Below are positions 48,586 to 57,229 of a DNA stretch of 64,000 nt, piece after piece. The stretch comes from a virus. The notes beneath the pieces were generated by a model, which did not search any database, was not told where the DNA came from, and saw only the letters and a program-made list of their open reading frames with translations. The DNA is taken from positions 6,291 through 70,290 of IMG/VR virus record IMGVR_UViG_3300024299_000011; one strand, 5' to 3'. The first letter of the stretch is position 1. The number at the start of each line of letters is the position of its first letter. The position numbers and the translations under genes were made by a program.

Positions 48586-48860
48586 TAGAAGTATCTTTTT
48601 TCTTTAACTTGATCTGTAGCCTTAATGAAGTTCATTTTACTAAGAGCGCTTTTAACTTCTAATAAGTCTTTAGCAACTTCTTTATCTAAATTATAAGGTT
48701 GAAATCTTTTTAAATATTGAGTGTATCCATATAATGAAGCCAGTACCAATACTATGATGCTATCTGCAAACGATGGAGTTAGTATTATCATCTTACCAAC
48801 AAAAACAAGAAAAACTATAAGAGAGTAATTCAGAGATATATCTTTCAATTTTTTAAGCAT
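48585..48860 (-). CDS. 2-TM membrane protein (holin-like)
   Basis: Two hydrophobic helices; first gene of the late operon. Confidence 0.5.
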   Translation of the reverse strand: MLKKLKDISLNYSLIVFLVFVGKMIILTPSFADSIIVLVLASLYGYTQYLKRFQPYNLDKEVAKDLLEVKSALSKMNFIKATDQVKEKRYF

Positions 48861-48957
48861 ATAATGTCCTTTTCATATAAAATTGAATCTTTATTGGCGT
48901 AATAACCTTGTTGCTTTCGCGTGTTCCCGTTTGGGCCATGTCTCTTGCCGTTAGTAT

Positions 48958-48975
48958 TCACTTTATATTTGTTAA
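48958..48975 (-). promoter_or_regulatory. Late-promoter motif (copy 6)
   Basis: Exact 18-mer at the head of the late module. Confidence 0.8.
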
Positions 48976-48983
48976 ATCGATCC

Positions 48984-49012
48984 TTGACTTTATATATTTA
49001 ATGTATTATTAT
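48984..49012 (+). promoter_or_regulatory. Sigma70 promoter (leaderless S8 gene)
   Basis: TTGACT, 17 bp, TATTAT; ATG at 49020. Confidence 0.6.
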
Positions 49013-49019
49013 GGAATGT

Positions 49020-49679
49020 ATGAAATACTTATTATTTACATTATTTTTTACAAATATAGCTTATTCTAAACAGTTAAGAGTCGCAGTGATAGATACTGGG
49101 ATACAAAAAGCATACACTAAGCAAGCTAATCTATGCAAATCAGGACATAAGTCTTTTGCTAAAGATAAGAGTGTAGTTGATACGCATGGACATGGTACAA
49201 ATATTGCAGGATTGATAAAAAATAAGGCTGGTAAATCTAAATACTGTATAATAGTAATACGATTTTATTCTAACGGTGCCGGAGACCTTTCAAAAGCGTT
49301 TATAAGATCTTTAGAATATGCTTATATATTGAAGCCGGATATACTTAATTTAAGTGGTGGTGGGCTCTTCTCCGATAAAAGAGAACGTCTAATTATAAAG
49401 AGAATCTTAGACAAAGGTATTATAGTCAACGCCGCAGCGGGTAATGAGAGTTTAAATCTAGACAATAACTGCCTTTACTATCCTGCGTGTTACGATAAAA
49501 GAATAAATGTAATAGGGGCTAAGAATGTACCTCAATCCAATTATGGAAAGATTGTTGATTATACTATAAATGGTAAGGATCGAAAAGCCTTTGGGATAAC
49601 ACTTTCCGGAACAAGTCAATCTACTGCAATTTTCACAGGATTGATGATTAAGGCGTTTGGTATGTATGGGGTTTATTAA
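49020..49679 (+). CDS. Secreted subtilisin-like (S8) protease
   Basis: Signal peptide; VAVIDTG, HGHGTNIAG, AAAGN, YPA, SGTSQST. Confidence 0.9.
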   Translation: MKYLLFTLFFTNIAYSKQLRVAVIDTGIQKAYTKQANLCKSGHKSFAKDKSVVDTHGHGTNIAGLIKNKAGKSKYCIIVIRFYSNGAGDLSKAFIRSLEYAYILKPDILNLSGGGLFSDKRERLIIKRILDKGIIVNAAAGNESLNLDNNCLYYPACYDKRINVIGAKNVPQSNYGKIVDYTINGKDRKAFGITLSGTSQSTAIFTGLMIKAFGMYGVY

Positions 49680-49905
49680 CTGCTTACTGTTAACTCTATA
49701 TGTTAACACGAGACAACCTAGTAGCGTTAACGCAGCATTTAATGCTACAGCTAAAGCTAGTTATATTCAAACCGGCCTTGATAAAAAAGTAAAAGTATTA
49801 GAAAAAAAGTATGTACCTAAAGTGATAAGGAAGAATATAGGATGGATGACTTTGATAATAAAGGTTACGAACGAGAAGAAGATAAGTTACGAGTGGACGT
49901 TTTAG
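49657..49905 (+). CDS. Hypothetical protein
   Basis: ORF coupled to the S8 gene. Confidence 0.5.
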   Translation: MVCMGFINCLLLTLYVNTRQPSSVNAAFNATAKASYIQTGLDKKVKVLEKKYVPKVIRKNIGWMTLIIKVTNEKKISYEWTF

Positions 49906-49962
49906 AAGCGATGGAGCGATATAGAATTATGGCTCATGTATTTTTTAGGAGATTAGATAAGG

Positions 49963-50520
49963 ATGAAAAAATTGACGCACTTACAGAGGTTGCAGAGTTT
50001 ATTAGAGAAAATAGTTGATAAGTTTGATGACATGGTCAGACCGGTTAAGGTAATTCCTCATAAATTCTCTAGATCGTTAGCATTTGCTAAAATAGGATAT
50101 AATAGCCATGACTTTGATGATTATTACTTAGTTGAGCTTGAAGTTTTTAAACTTAAAAGGATGTTATATTTATTTGAAAACCACGGACACCATTGTCCTA
50201 CTTGTGATACATATATACCTAAAATGAAATCAATTAAATTGGCTATAAAGTTGGGAGAGAAGTGGTTAAATTCTGATTATTTCCGCTTCTGGGATTTACA
50301 TAATAAGAAATACGGAGATACTGAGATTGGTTGGGAATCTATACCAAACTCAACAAACAGTTTAATGATTACATTAAAAGATGGTAAAAAGTACGAGAGG
50401 TCAGAAGAAGAGAGAAAATCTCTTATAGATTCTCACAGGAAAGATGAACGAGAGAAAGAAAAGCATAGACAATTATTCTATAAAATAATAGCTAAATATG
50501 GGAGATACTATTGGGACTAA
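49963..50520 (+). CDS. Hypothetical protein
   Basis: AGGAG SD, 185 aa. Confidence 0.65.
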   Translation: MKKLTHLQRLQSLLEKIVDKFDDMVRPVKVIPHKFSRSLAFAKIGYNSHDFDDYYLVELEVFKLKRMLYLFENHGHHCPTCDTYIPKMKSIKLAIKLGEKWLNSDYFRFWDLHNKKYGDTEIGWESIPNSTNSLMITLKDGKKYERSEEERKSLIDSHRKDEREKEKHRQLFYKIIAKYGRYYWD

Positions 50521-51915
50521 AACACTTGGTAATTATAATTTTTATTGCTTATATATTTGCAACACAACAAATGATGAGCGGTTACATTGATATGAATAAC
50601 AGTTTATCTGATTCATTGGCAAAGTTAATGAATGTTTGCTCTAATGCAAATAGTAGTGATTTAAATAATAGATATAAAGACTTGACAGATTAATATATAT
50701 TAGATATACTTAGTTATGGAAAAAGGTCAATATTGGAAGAAAAAAGGAAAGCAGACTGTTATTAAAATAGCTGATGTATTTTTTGTTAATCAATTAAATA
50801 TGAAAGTTGATGTTAATTTTTTATATAAAACGTCACTTAATGAATATATGGTAATAAATAAATCACCAATTATCTTAGAGTTATCAATGAATGACTTTAA
50901 TAACTGGGAAAAAATAGAAAACATAAAGGAGTTTACTCATGAATAAAAGAGGATCATTACTAAAAAGATTAGTAGAAGGGGTGTTTGTTGGTTTTGGCAT
51001 CGGATTAGGTCTTGTTGTATCTGTAGTTATTATACATTTAATACAGACGGCGGTTTAAGGTGAGCAAAAAAGAAGACGAGAAGAATCCAGAAGATTATAT
51101 TCTTGATATACAAAAAGCTTGCGCAGAGCTTGGGTGGGATATTTGTATAGAAAATAAAGACGCAGTTCAAGGGTTGGTCATAGGCACTGATAACTACGTA
51201 ACTTCAGTTGTTAGTCAATTAGACGATGGCGATGATTATGAAATATGGAGCTATCCTTCAGAAGATAACTCTAACTTACATTAAAGGAATATTATGGAAT
51301 TTTTAACATTTGTTGGATATTTTATGGCATCTATGGTTATATACCAGTTAATAAGTTTTGGTGGATTTTATGGATATAAGTATTTTACACAAAAAAGACT
51401 TGAGAGTAAAATAAAGTCTGGTGAAATTAAAATGATTACTATGGATGACATAGTTAGTGAGTTAGGTAAAACACAAAATAAAGAAGAAGACGGAGATGGG
51501 ACATGGCATTAAAATCAAGTAATTTTTATAAGTTTATATTCGACGGTGGGCAGGAATATACGGTAACGCATGAATCTGAAGAGATTAAATCTGTAATTAG
51601 TGCAGTTAGTGATGGGTTATTAAACTTAGATTATATTAAACTTCAGTATCAAGAGAGTGAACCTCTTTATGTTAAGAAAAATAGATTGTTCTCGATTCAG
51701 AAGTTATCACCAAAAACAATAGGAACTCAAACTAGAGTGTGGAGACTAACATGAAAGTATACATATTATTAGATAGCGAAAGTAACGTGGTTGCTGTTTA
51801 TGACGACAAAGATCTAGCAGCTAAAATGCTACCAGTTATAGAAGAAAAGATTAACGATAAAATAGTATTACAGGTTTTTAAAATGAATCAGGATATTAAG
51901 TTAATAGGCTTATGA
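50511..51915 (+). other. Run of small hypothetical ORFs (50511, 50716, 51060, 51294, 51503 and others)
   Basis: Contiguous short ORFs, several with TM helices. Confidence 0.55.
50682..50710 (+). promoter_or_regulatory. Sigma70 promoter (leaderless 50716 gene)
   Basis: TTGACA, 17 bp, TATACT, 5 nt, ATG. Confidence 0.7.
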
Positions 51916-52313
51916 AATTAATATTAACAATATCTTTACTACTATTAACAGCATGTTCCGGTTTCGAACGTACGGGATATATAGATCCTGAGTTTATACC
52001 ATACGTAGAGTTGTTTGAAGAATATAAAGGTAATAGTATAGGTAATATGGATATAGTTTTTGAAATCCACAAAAGACCTAAGGTTGGTGTTTGTCACTAT
52101 GCTGTTGAAATGCGCACAATCGGCATAGATCCTACATATTGGAAATCTGCCTCACCTGCTCGTAAAGAGAATTTGATATTTCACGAGTTAGGTCACTGTG
52201 ATCTTAACTTAAACCACACCGAGGAATACGGGATAATGTTCTTTTCTTTACTAGGTACTGATTTTTATAAAGAATATAGGGAAGATTTAATAGAAGACTT
52301 ATTCGGGAGGTAA
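51912..52313 (+). CDS. Lipoprotein zinc metallopeptidase (metzincin-like)
   Basis: Lipobox LTAC; HELGHCDLNLNH; GIM Met-turn. Confidence 0.82.
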   Translation: MKLILTISLLLLTACSGFERTGYIDPEFIPYVELFEEYKGNSIGNMDIVFEIHKRPKVGVCHYAVEMRTIGIDPTYWKSASPARKENLIFHELGHCDLNLNHTEEYGIMFFSLLGTDFYKEYREDLIEDLFGR

Positions 52314-52314
52314 A

Positions 52315-52746
52315 ATGGAAAAAGAATTAATGATATTAGTAGGGCCTATAGGTTCTGGTAAAACAACTTTTTCTAAAACACTTGAGAACGACACGTCTAT
52401 TCGTATATCGCAAGATGAGATGGGTAGGAAAGCTTATCTAGAGCATTTTAAAGCAGCTATCCGTAATGAAGTTCCAAGGATATTAATTGATCGTCAAAAC
52501 TTCAATAAAGAGCAACGTGAAAGATTTATAAAACCAGCTAGAGAAGCTGGGTACTGTGTGACCGTATTTGAACTAAAAACAAATACTGCTACATGTATAG
52601 AAAGAGTTGTTACTAGAGTTGGTCATCCGACTGTTGTAAGCGGAGATGTTGAGTTAGCTCAAGAGATAGTAAATAGGTATTTGATTAACTACGAAGCACC
52701 TACAGCAGATGAATATGATAATTTAAATATAGTGGAGGAATTATGA
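52315..52746 (+). CDS. P-loop kinase, polynucleotide-kinase (AAA_33) type
   Basis: LVGPIGSGKTT, ISQD, IDRQN...QR, CIERV..R..HP. Confidence 0.8.
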   Translation: MEKELMILVGPIGSGKTTFSKTLENDTSIRISQDEMGRKAYLEHFKAAIRNEVPRILIDRQNFNKEQRERFIKPAREAGYCVTVFELKTNTATCIERVVTRVGHPTVVSGDVELAQEIVNRYLINYEAPTADEYDNLNIVEEL

Positions 52747-53078
52747 GCGAATATGTTCCAAATAGATGGGAATTAATCCAGTTTAAAGGTAAAGAAACTA
52801 ACTATAAAATACTAGGATCTTGGTCTGGCGGGTATGTTGATGGGGATAGTTGGAGATTATCATCCGGAGTAAAAAGCATAGAAGATGGTGGTGATTTTTA
52901 TCTAGTAAAAAACCACTCAGGATCATTATACAGGTGCAGAAAAACTAGTAGAGGTATGAACATAGTAAGTGCTGGGGTATTTGATTCAATTTTAGATGAA
53001 GCGAAATTAGTGGATGGTTTAGAAGTATCTATAATAGATATAAAAGATTATTTAAAGGGGGGTATTAATGGATTATGA
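52743..53078 (+). CDS. Hypothetical phage protein
   Basis: P..W...YKILGSWSGGY..GDSWRLSSG motif. Confidence 0.7.
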   Translation: MSEYVPNRWELIQFKGKETNYKILGSWSGGYVDGDSWRLSSGVKSIEDGGDFYLVKNHSGSLYRCRKTSRGMNIVSAGVFDSILDEAKLVDGLEVSIIDIKDYLKGGINGL

Positions 53079-53367
53079 ATCAATAAAGTTTGAATATATA
53101 CAACACTTTCACAAAGAAGAGGGGTGTGGTCATGATATAAAGATACCAAACTCTGATGTATTTATTATTTTAGAAGAGTTTCCATATCTAGAGATATATG
53201 ATAAAGAGTATTCTGACAAACTAGGATCTGGTTACTTTTATGTTAGGAAGGTTGGAGAAATGACAGCAGAGCACTCTATGACTTATTATAAAGATATGTA
53301 TAATTTAATTAGATTAGATTATGATGCGTTATATCAACGAGTACAAGACATAACGTTGGAATTTTAA
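53068..53367 (+). CDS. Hypothetical protein
   Basis: ORF with SD in operon. Confidence 0.55.
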   Translation: MDYESIKFEYIQHFHKEEGCGHDIKIPNSDVFIILEEFPYLEIYDKEYSDKLGSGYFYVRKVGEMTAEHSMTYYKDMYNLIRLDYDALYQRVQDITLEF

Positions 53368-53588
53368 TGACAACTGTATCACTATCAATAGAAGAGTTTG
53401 ATAAGATGAGAGAAGATCATATTGCTTTTAATAAAATAAAACATCTATGCAAACATCTTATAATAAAAGAAACAGATAAGATGCGACCAGAAGAGAGAGT
53501 GTTTGCTGGAGAAGGTGGGCAAGAGTATCTTGGTTTAAACCACAGGCAGATGGAATTACTATTATTAAAGATAAGGAAGTTGGTGTAA
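53367..53588 (+). CDS. Hypothetical protein
   Basis: TAATG-coupled ORF. Confidence 0.55.
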   Translation: MTTVSLSIEEFDKMREDHIAFNKIKHLCKHLIIKETDKMRPEERVFAGEGGQEYLGLNHRQMELLLLKIRKLV

Positions 53589-53589
53589 T

Positions 53590-54522
53590 ATGTTTAAAAA
53601 ATATAATTCAATTGAAAATTCATATCAACAGAAGTTTATTTTAAGAATGTTAGAACAATACCCTGAACTAAAGGATGCTAAGTATTCTATTAGGGAAAAA
53701 TTAGATGGGTCTAACTTACAATTATATTTTGAGACTAACAAACAAATGAGAGTCGGTAAAAGAACTTCCTTTTTAGAAGAAGGTGATAAGTTCTTTGATG
53801 TATGGAGTACTCTTAAAAAATACGAACCTCAGGTAATAAAACTACAACAATACGTTGATAATTACGGATGTCACTGTACCGTTAGGGTATTTGCCGAGTT
53901 ATACGGTAGTGGAGTACAAAAAAGAATAAATTACGGAGAAGAAAAGAGTATATCTTTTTTTGATATAGAAATTAATGATAAGATGTTATCTCAGAAACAA
54001 TTTGAACAAATTATGGCAGATTTACAAATTGATAATATAGCGCCTTTATTAAAGTATGTTGGCAGTTTAAAAGAAGCACTAGAATATAGTCCTGACTTTA
54101 ATAGTAAAGTACTTGGGGTAGAAAATAACCCATCTGAAGGCATAGTTATTAAACCTTATGAAAGAGAATACTACAGTAAAGTAGGATCTAGATTCTTATT
54201 AAAGAAAAAGGCTGATGCATTTTCTGAAAAAATGAAAGTAAAGCCTGGGAAGAAGCGTACTGACGAAGTCACTAAAATAGTTAACGCTAAAATTGAGTTC
54301 CAGTCTTATATAAATGACAATCGAGTTAAGAGTACTTTCTCTAAGCATGGAGAGATAGAATCTCCGGACCAACTTGGAAAGTATATTCAATTAGTGTTGG
54401 CCGATGCTAAGGGTGATTTCTTAAAAGAATATAATATTTCTGATTTAGATGATAAGGAGCTTAAGAAAATATACGGCTCTGGCGGAAAACACATAGTAGC
54501 ATTACTTAAAGGGTATTTATGA
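53590..54522 (+). CDS. RNA ligase 2 (Rnl2 family)
   Basis: FKKYNSIEN, EKLDGSN, AELYG, FFDI, EGIVIKP, LLKKK...FSE. Confidence 0.88.
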   Translation: MFKKYNSIENSYQQKFILRMLEQYPELKDAKYSIREKLDGSNLQLYFETNKQMRVGKRTSFLEEGDKFFDVWSTLKKYEPQVIKLQQYVDNYGCHCTVRVFAELYGSGVQKRINYGEEKSISFFDIEINDKMLSQKQFEQIMADLQIDNIAPLLKYVGSLKEALEYSPDFNSKVLGVENNPSEGIVIKPYEREYYSKVGSRFLLKKKADAFSEKMKVKPGKKRTDEVTKIVNAKIEFQSYINDNRVKSTFSKHGEIESPDQLGKYIQLVLADAKGDFLKEYNISDLDDKELKKIYGSGGKHIVALLKGYL

Positions 54523-56210
54523 AACGCTGGTTTACTTCAGACATTCACCTAGGACACAGGAACGTTATAGAGTATTGTGCTCGCCCCTACGCTAACGTTC
54601 ATGAAATGGATAAAGCAATAATTGAACAATGGAATTCGCAAGTAAATCCTGAAGATGAAGTATATTTTCTAGGGGACTTTGGTATTAATAAAAGAAAAGC
54701 TTTAGATAAAGAATTAGTTAATAGTTTGAACGGCGTCAAATATATAACATTAGGTAATCATGATTCTGGCTTCGTTCGTTGGCATAATAAAAAAAATATA
54801 GAAAGTATAGTCAATGGTTATATAAAATCGGGATGGGATGGTTGTGGGATTGAAGACCATCTATTACTGAAGAATGGGGTTGAAGTTATTATGACACACT
54901 TGCCTCCAGATAATAGTAGAGATACTCGTTACTCTAAATTTAAACTAGAAAACGATCCTAATAAAATATATTTAAGTGGACATCTTCATGGAATGTATCG
55001 CAAGAAAGATAATATGATTGATGTTGCGTTTGATGGGGAGCTTAAGTTATTATCTGAAGATGATATAGTTAATTTAATAGAAGATGAGAGGTCGTTTATT
55101 CCAACAAGATTAACAGAGCATTATAAAGAAGAGAATCTATTCCTGAAACCATTTGAAGATGAAGTTAAGAAGAAGAATTTACGTAAAGTTGTTAAAGGAG
55201 ATCTTGTACTTTATAACTATACAGATAAATGTACGTTTGATAGAGCTTGGAATGAAGTTACAATACATTCTCGTGGGCTAATCTTAAATAGAACTACAGG
55301 AGCTTTTGTTGCTGTCCCTTTTGAAAAGTTTTGGAATATAAATGAAATGCCAGTTACTCAATTAGAGAACCTTCCAGATGAACCATATACAGTTACAGAC
55401 AAGTGCGACGGTTCGTTAGGTATAATCCACCATCATAACAACAAATGGAACGTAGCAACTCGTGGGGCATTTTCTAGCCCACAAGCAGTAAAGGCTGAGG
55501 AGATATTAAAGAAATACGATATGAGTAAAGTATACACAAAATTAACCTTACTTGTTGAGATCATATATCCTGAAAATAAAATTGTTGCTAATTACGGAGA
55601 TGATGAGAAGTTAGTTTTACTTTCGATGGTAGATAGAGAGTCACAGCAAGAGCAAACTAGAATCCAGTGTGGTATGATATCAAAATGTACTGGAATTGAA
55701 TTAGTTAAAGAGTATAACCATACAATAGAAGAAATGATTGAACTAAAGAAGACCATACCTAAAGATGAAGAGGGTTTCGTTGTTAGATTTGAGTCAGGAT
55801 TGCGTGTTAAGATAAAAGGTGACGAGTATTGTAGAATTCATAAAATGATATCGCGCATGAGTCCCTTATCTTTCTGGGAATCTATGGATGATGGTAATGT
55901 TAACATCGATTATCTACAGGAATTGCCTGAAGAGTTTCGTGACGAGGCTGAGGAGATAACAGATAAGCTAGAATCTCAGTATAAAGACTTGCTTATAGAA
56001 ACATCGGAAGCGTTTAATGAAATTAAGGTAAAACTTGGACTATGTATATCAGAAAGTCTAACTGAAGATAAAAAGAAGCTTGGGTTGTATATAAAGAAAC
56101 ATCAACCAAAGCATGCTACCATATTCTGGGCATATTATTTAATGAGACCTGATAATATTGATAAATATATAAAAAGGATTATTAGACCAAAGGGGAATGA
56201 GTATATTTAA
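54519..56210 (+). CDS. Metallophosphoesterase fused to T4 Rnl1-like RNA ligase
   Basis: N-terminal SDIHLGH, LGD, GNHD, GHLH; C-terminal YNYT..W..RGLI..PFEKFWN, KCDGSLG, ATRG.F, EGFVV, RVKIK. Confidence 0.88.
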   Translation: MKRWFTSDIHLGHRNVIEYCARPYANVHEMDKAIIEQWNSQVNPEDEVYFLGDFGINKRKALDKELVNSLNGVKYITLGNHDSGFVRWHNKKNIESIVNGYIKSGWDGCGIEDHLLLKNGVEVIMTHLPPDNSRDTRYSKFKLENDPNKIYLSGHLHGMYRKKDNMIDVAFDGELKLLSEDDIVNLIEDERSFIPTRLTEHYKEENLFLKPFEDEVKKKNLRKVVKGDLVLYNYTDKCTFDRAWNEVTIHSRGLILNRTTGAFVAVPFEKFWNINEMPVTQLENLPDEPYTVTDKCDGSLGIIHHHNNKWNVATRGAFSSPQAVKAEEILKKYDMSKVYTKLTLLVEIIYPENKIVANYGDDEKLVLLSMVDRESQQEQTRIQCGMISKCTGIELVKEYNHTIEEMIELKKTIPKDEEGFVVRFESGLRVKIKGDEYCRIHKMISRMSPLSFWESMDDGNVNIDYLQELPEEFRDEAEEITDKLESQYKDLLIETSEAFNEIKVKLGLCISESLTEDKKKLGLYIKKHQPKHATIFWAYYLMRPDNIDKYIKRIIRPKGNEYI

Positions 56211-56213
56211 TAC

Positions 56214-56242
56214 TTGTATATTGAATAAAAATATGTTATAAT
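56214..56242 (+). promoter_or_regulatory. Sigma70-type promoter
   Basis: TTGTAT, 17 bp, TG-n-TATAAT. Confidence 0.6.
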
Positions 56243-56269
56243 TAACAAAACACAAAAAAAAGGATTAAA

Positions 56270-57229
56270 ATGGGATTTAAAGATTACGTAAAAGTACACG
56301 ATAAATATGTGGTACAGCTAGACAGTGATAGACAACCTAAACTACCTGCAGGACATTACCAGCTACATTATATACAAGAAGCTGATCAATTGTTATTTGA
56401 GAGAATTAGCTTTAATTCTGATGAGATCCTAGAACTTCCGTCAAAAGAGTTTCAATTAGTAGCAGGACAGATAGACACATTCCTGGGCGATGATAGCCGC
56501 AAGTTATTTAATGATTATAATTTTGTATATAAAAGATCGGTGTTAATGCATGGAGTCCCAGGTACAGGAAAAACCATTCTGGCAAACAGGATTGCTAATA
56601 AAGTTGTTGCTGGAGGTGGTGTTGTTTTATTCAACCCGAACCCTCAAATATTAACTAAAGCTTTTAAAGTGTTTGATGATATTCAACCTGATACTAAAAT
56701 AGTAGTTATATTTGAAGAGTTGGATCAGTTACTTAAAAATTATGAAGGTGAGTTATTACATATTTTAGATGGGGAAGTACAGAAAGATAATATTGTATAT
56801 ATAGCAACTACGAATTATATATCTAAAGTCCCTGCTAGAATAATGAGACCTGGTAGATTTTCATCTATAGTTCAGATCCAATACCCAGATGCTAAGTGTA
56901 GAGAGTACTACCTTGATAAAAAGATAGGACATATTGATTCAAAAGAAGAGATTAAATCTATAGTTAAAAAAACTGATGGGTTTTCTATTGACGAATTAAA
57001 AGAAGTTGTACTATCTAATAAGTGCTTACAAGTTCCTCTTGATGACGTTATTGGTAGAATAAATGAAACTAAGGAACTATGTAAGAACGACTCAACCTTT
57101 AATGAGTATGAAGATAGGTATGAAGACGGTCCTTTTCGTAGTGATAAGTATAGACTTAGAGATTTAATGTATGAAATGAGAGACGCTCAAGAATATCAAG
57201 CAACGAATAACATAATGGGGAACAAATGA
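56270..57229 (+). CDS. AAA+ ATPase
   Basis: GVPGTGKT, IFEELD, LDG, ATTN, RPGRF. Confidence 0.9.
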   Translation: MGFKDYVKVHDKYVVQLDSDRQPKLPAGHYQLHYIQEADQLLFERISFNSDEILELPSKEFQLVAGQIDTFLGDDSRKLFNDYNFVYKRSVLMHGVPGTGKTILANRIANKVVAGGGVVLFNPNPQILTKAFKVFDDIQPDTKIVVIFEELDQLLKNYEGELLHILDGEVQKDNIVYIATTNYISKVPARIMRPGRFSSIVQIQYPDAKCREYYLDKKIGHIDSKEEIKSIVKKTDGFSIDELKEVVLSNKCLQVPLDDVIGRINETKELCKNDSTFNEYEDRYEDGPFRSDKYRLRDLMYEMRDAQEYQATNNIMGNK

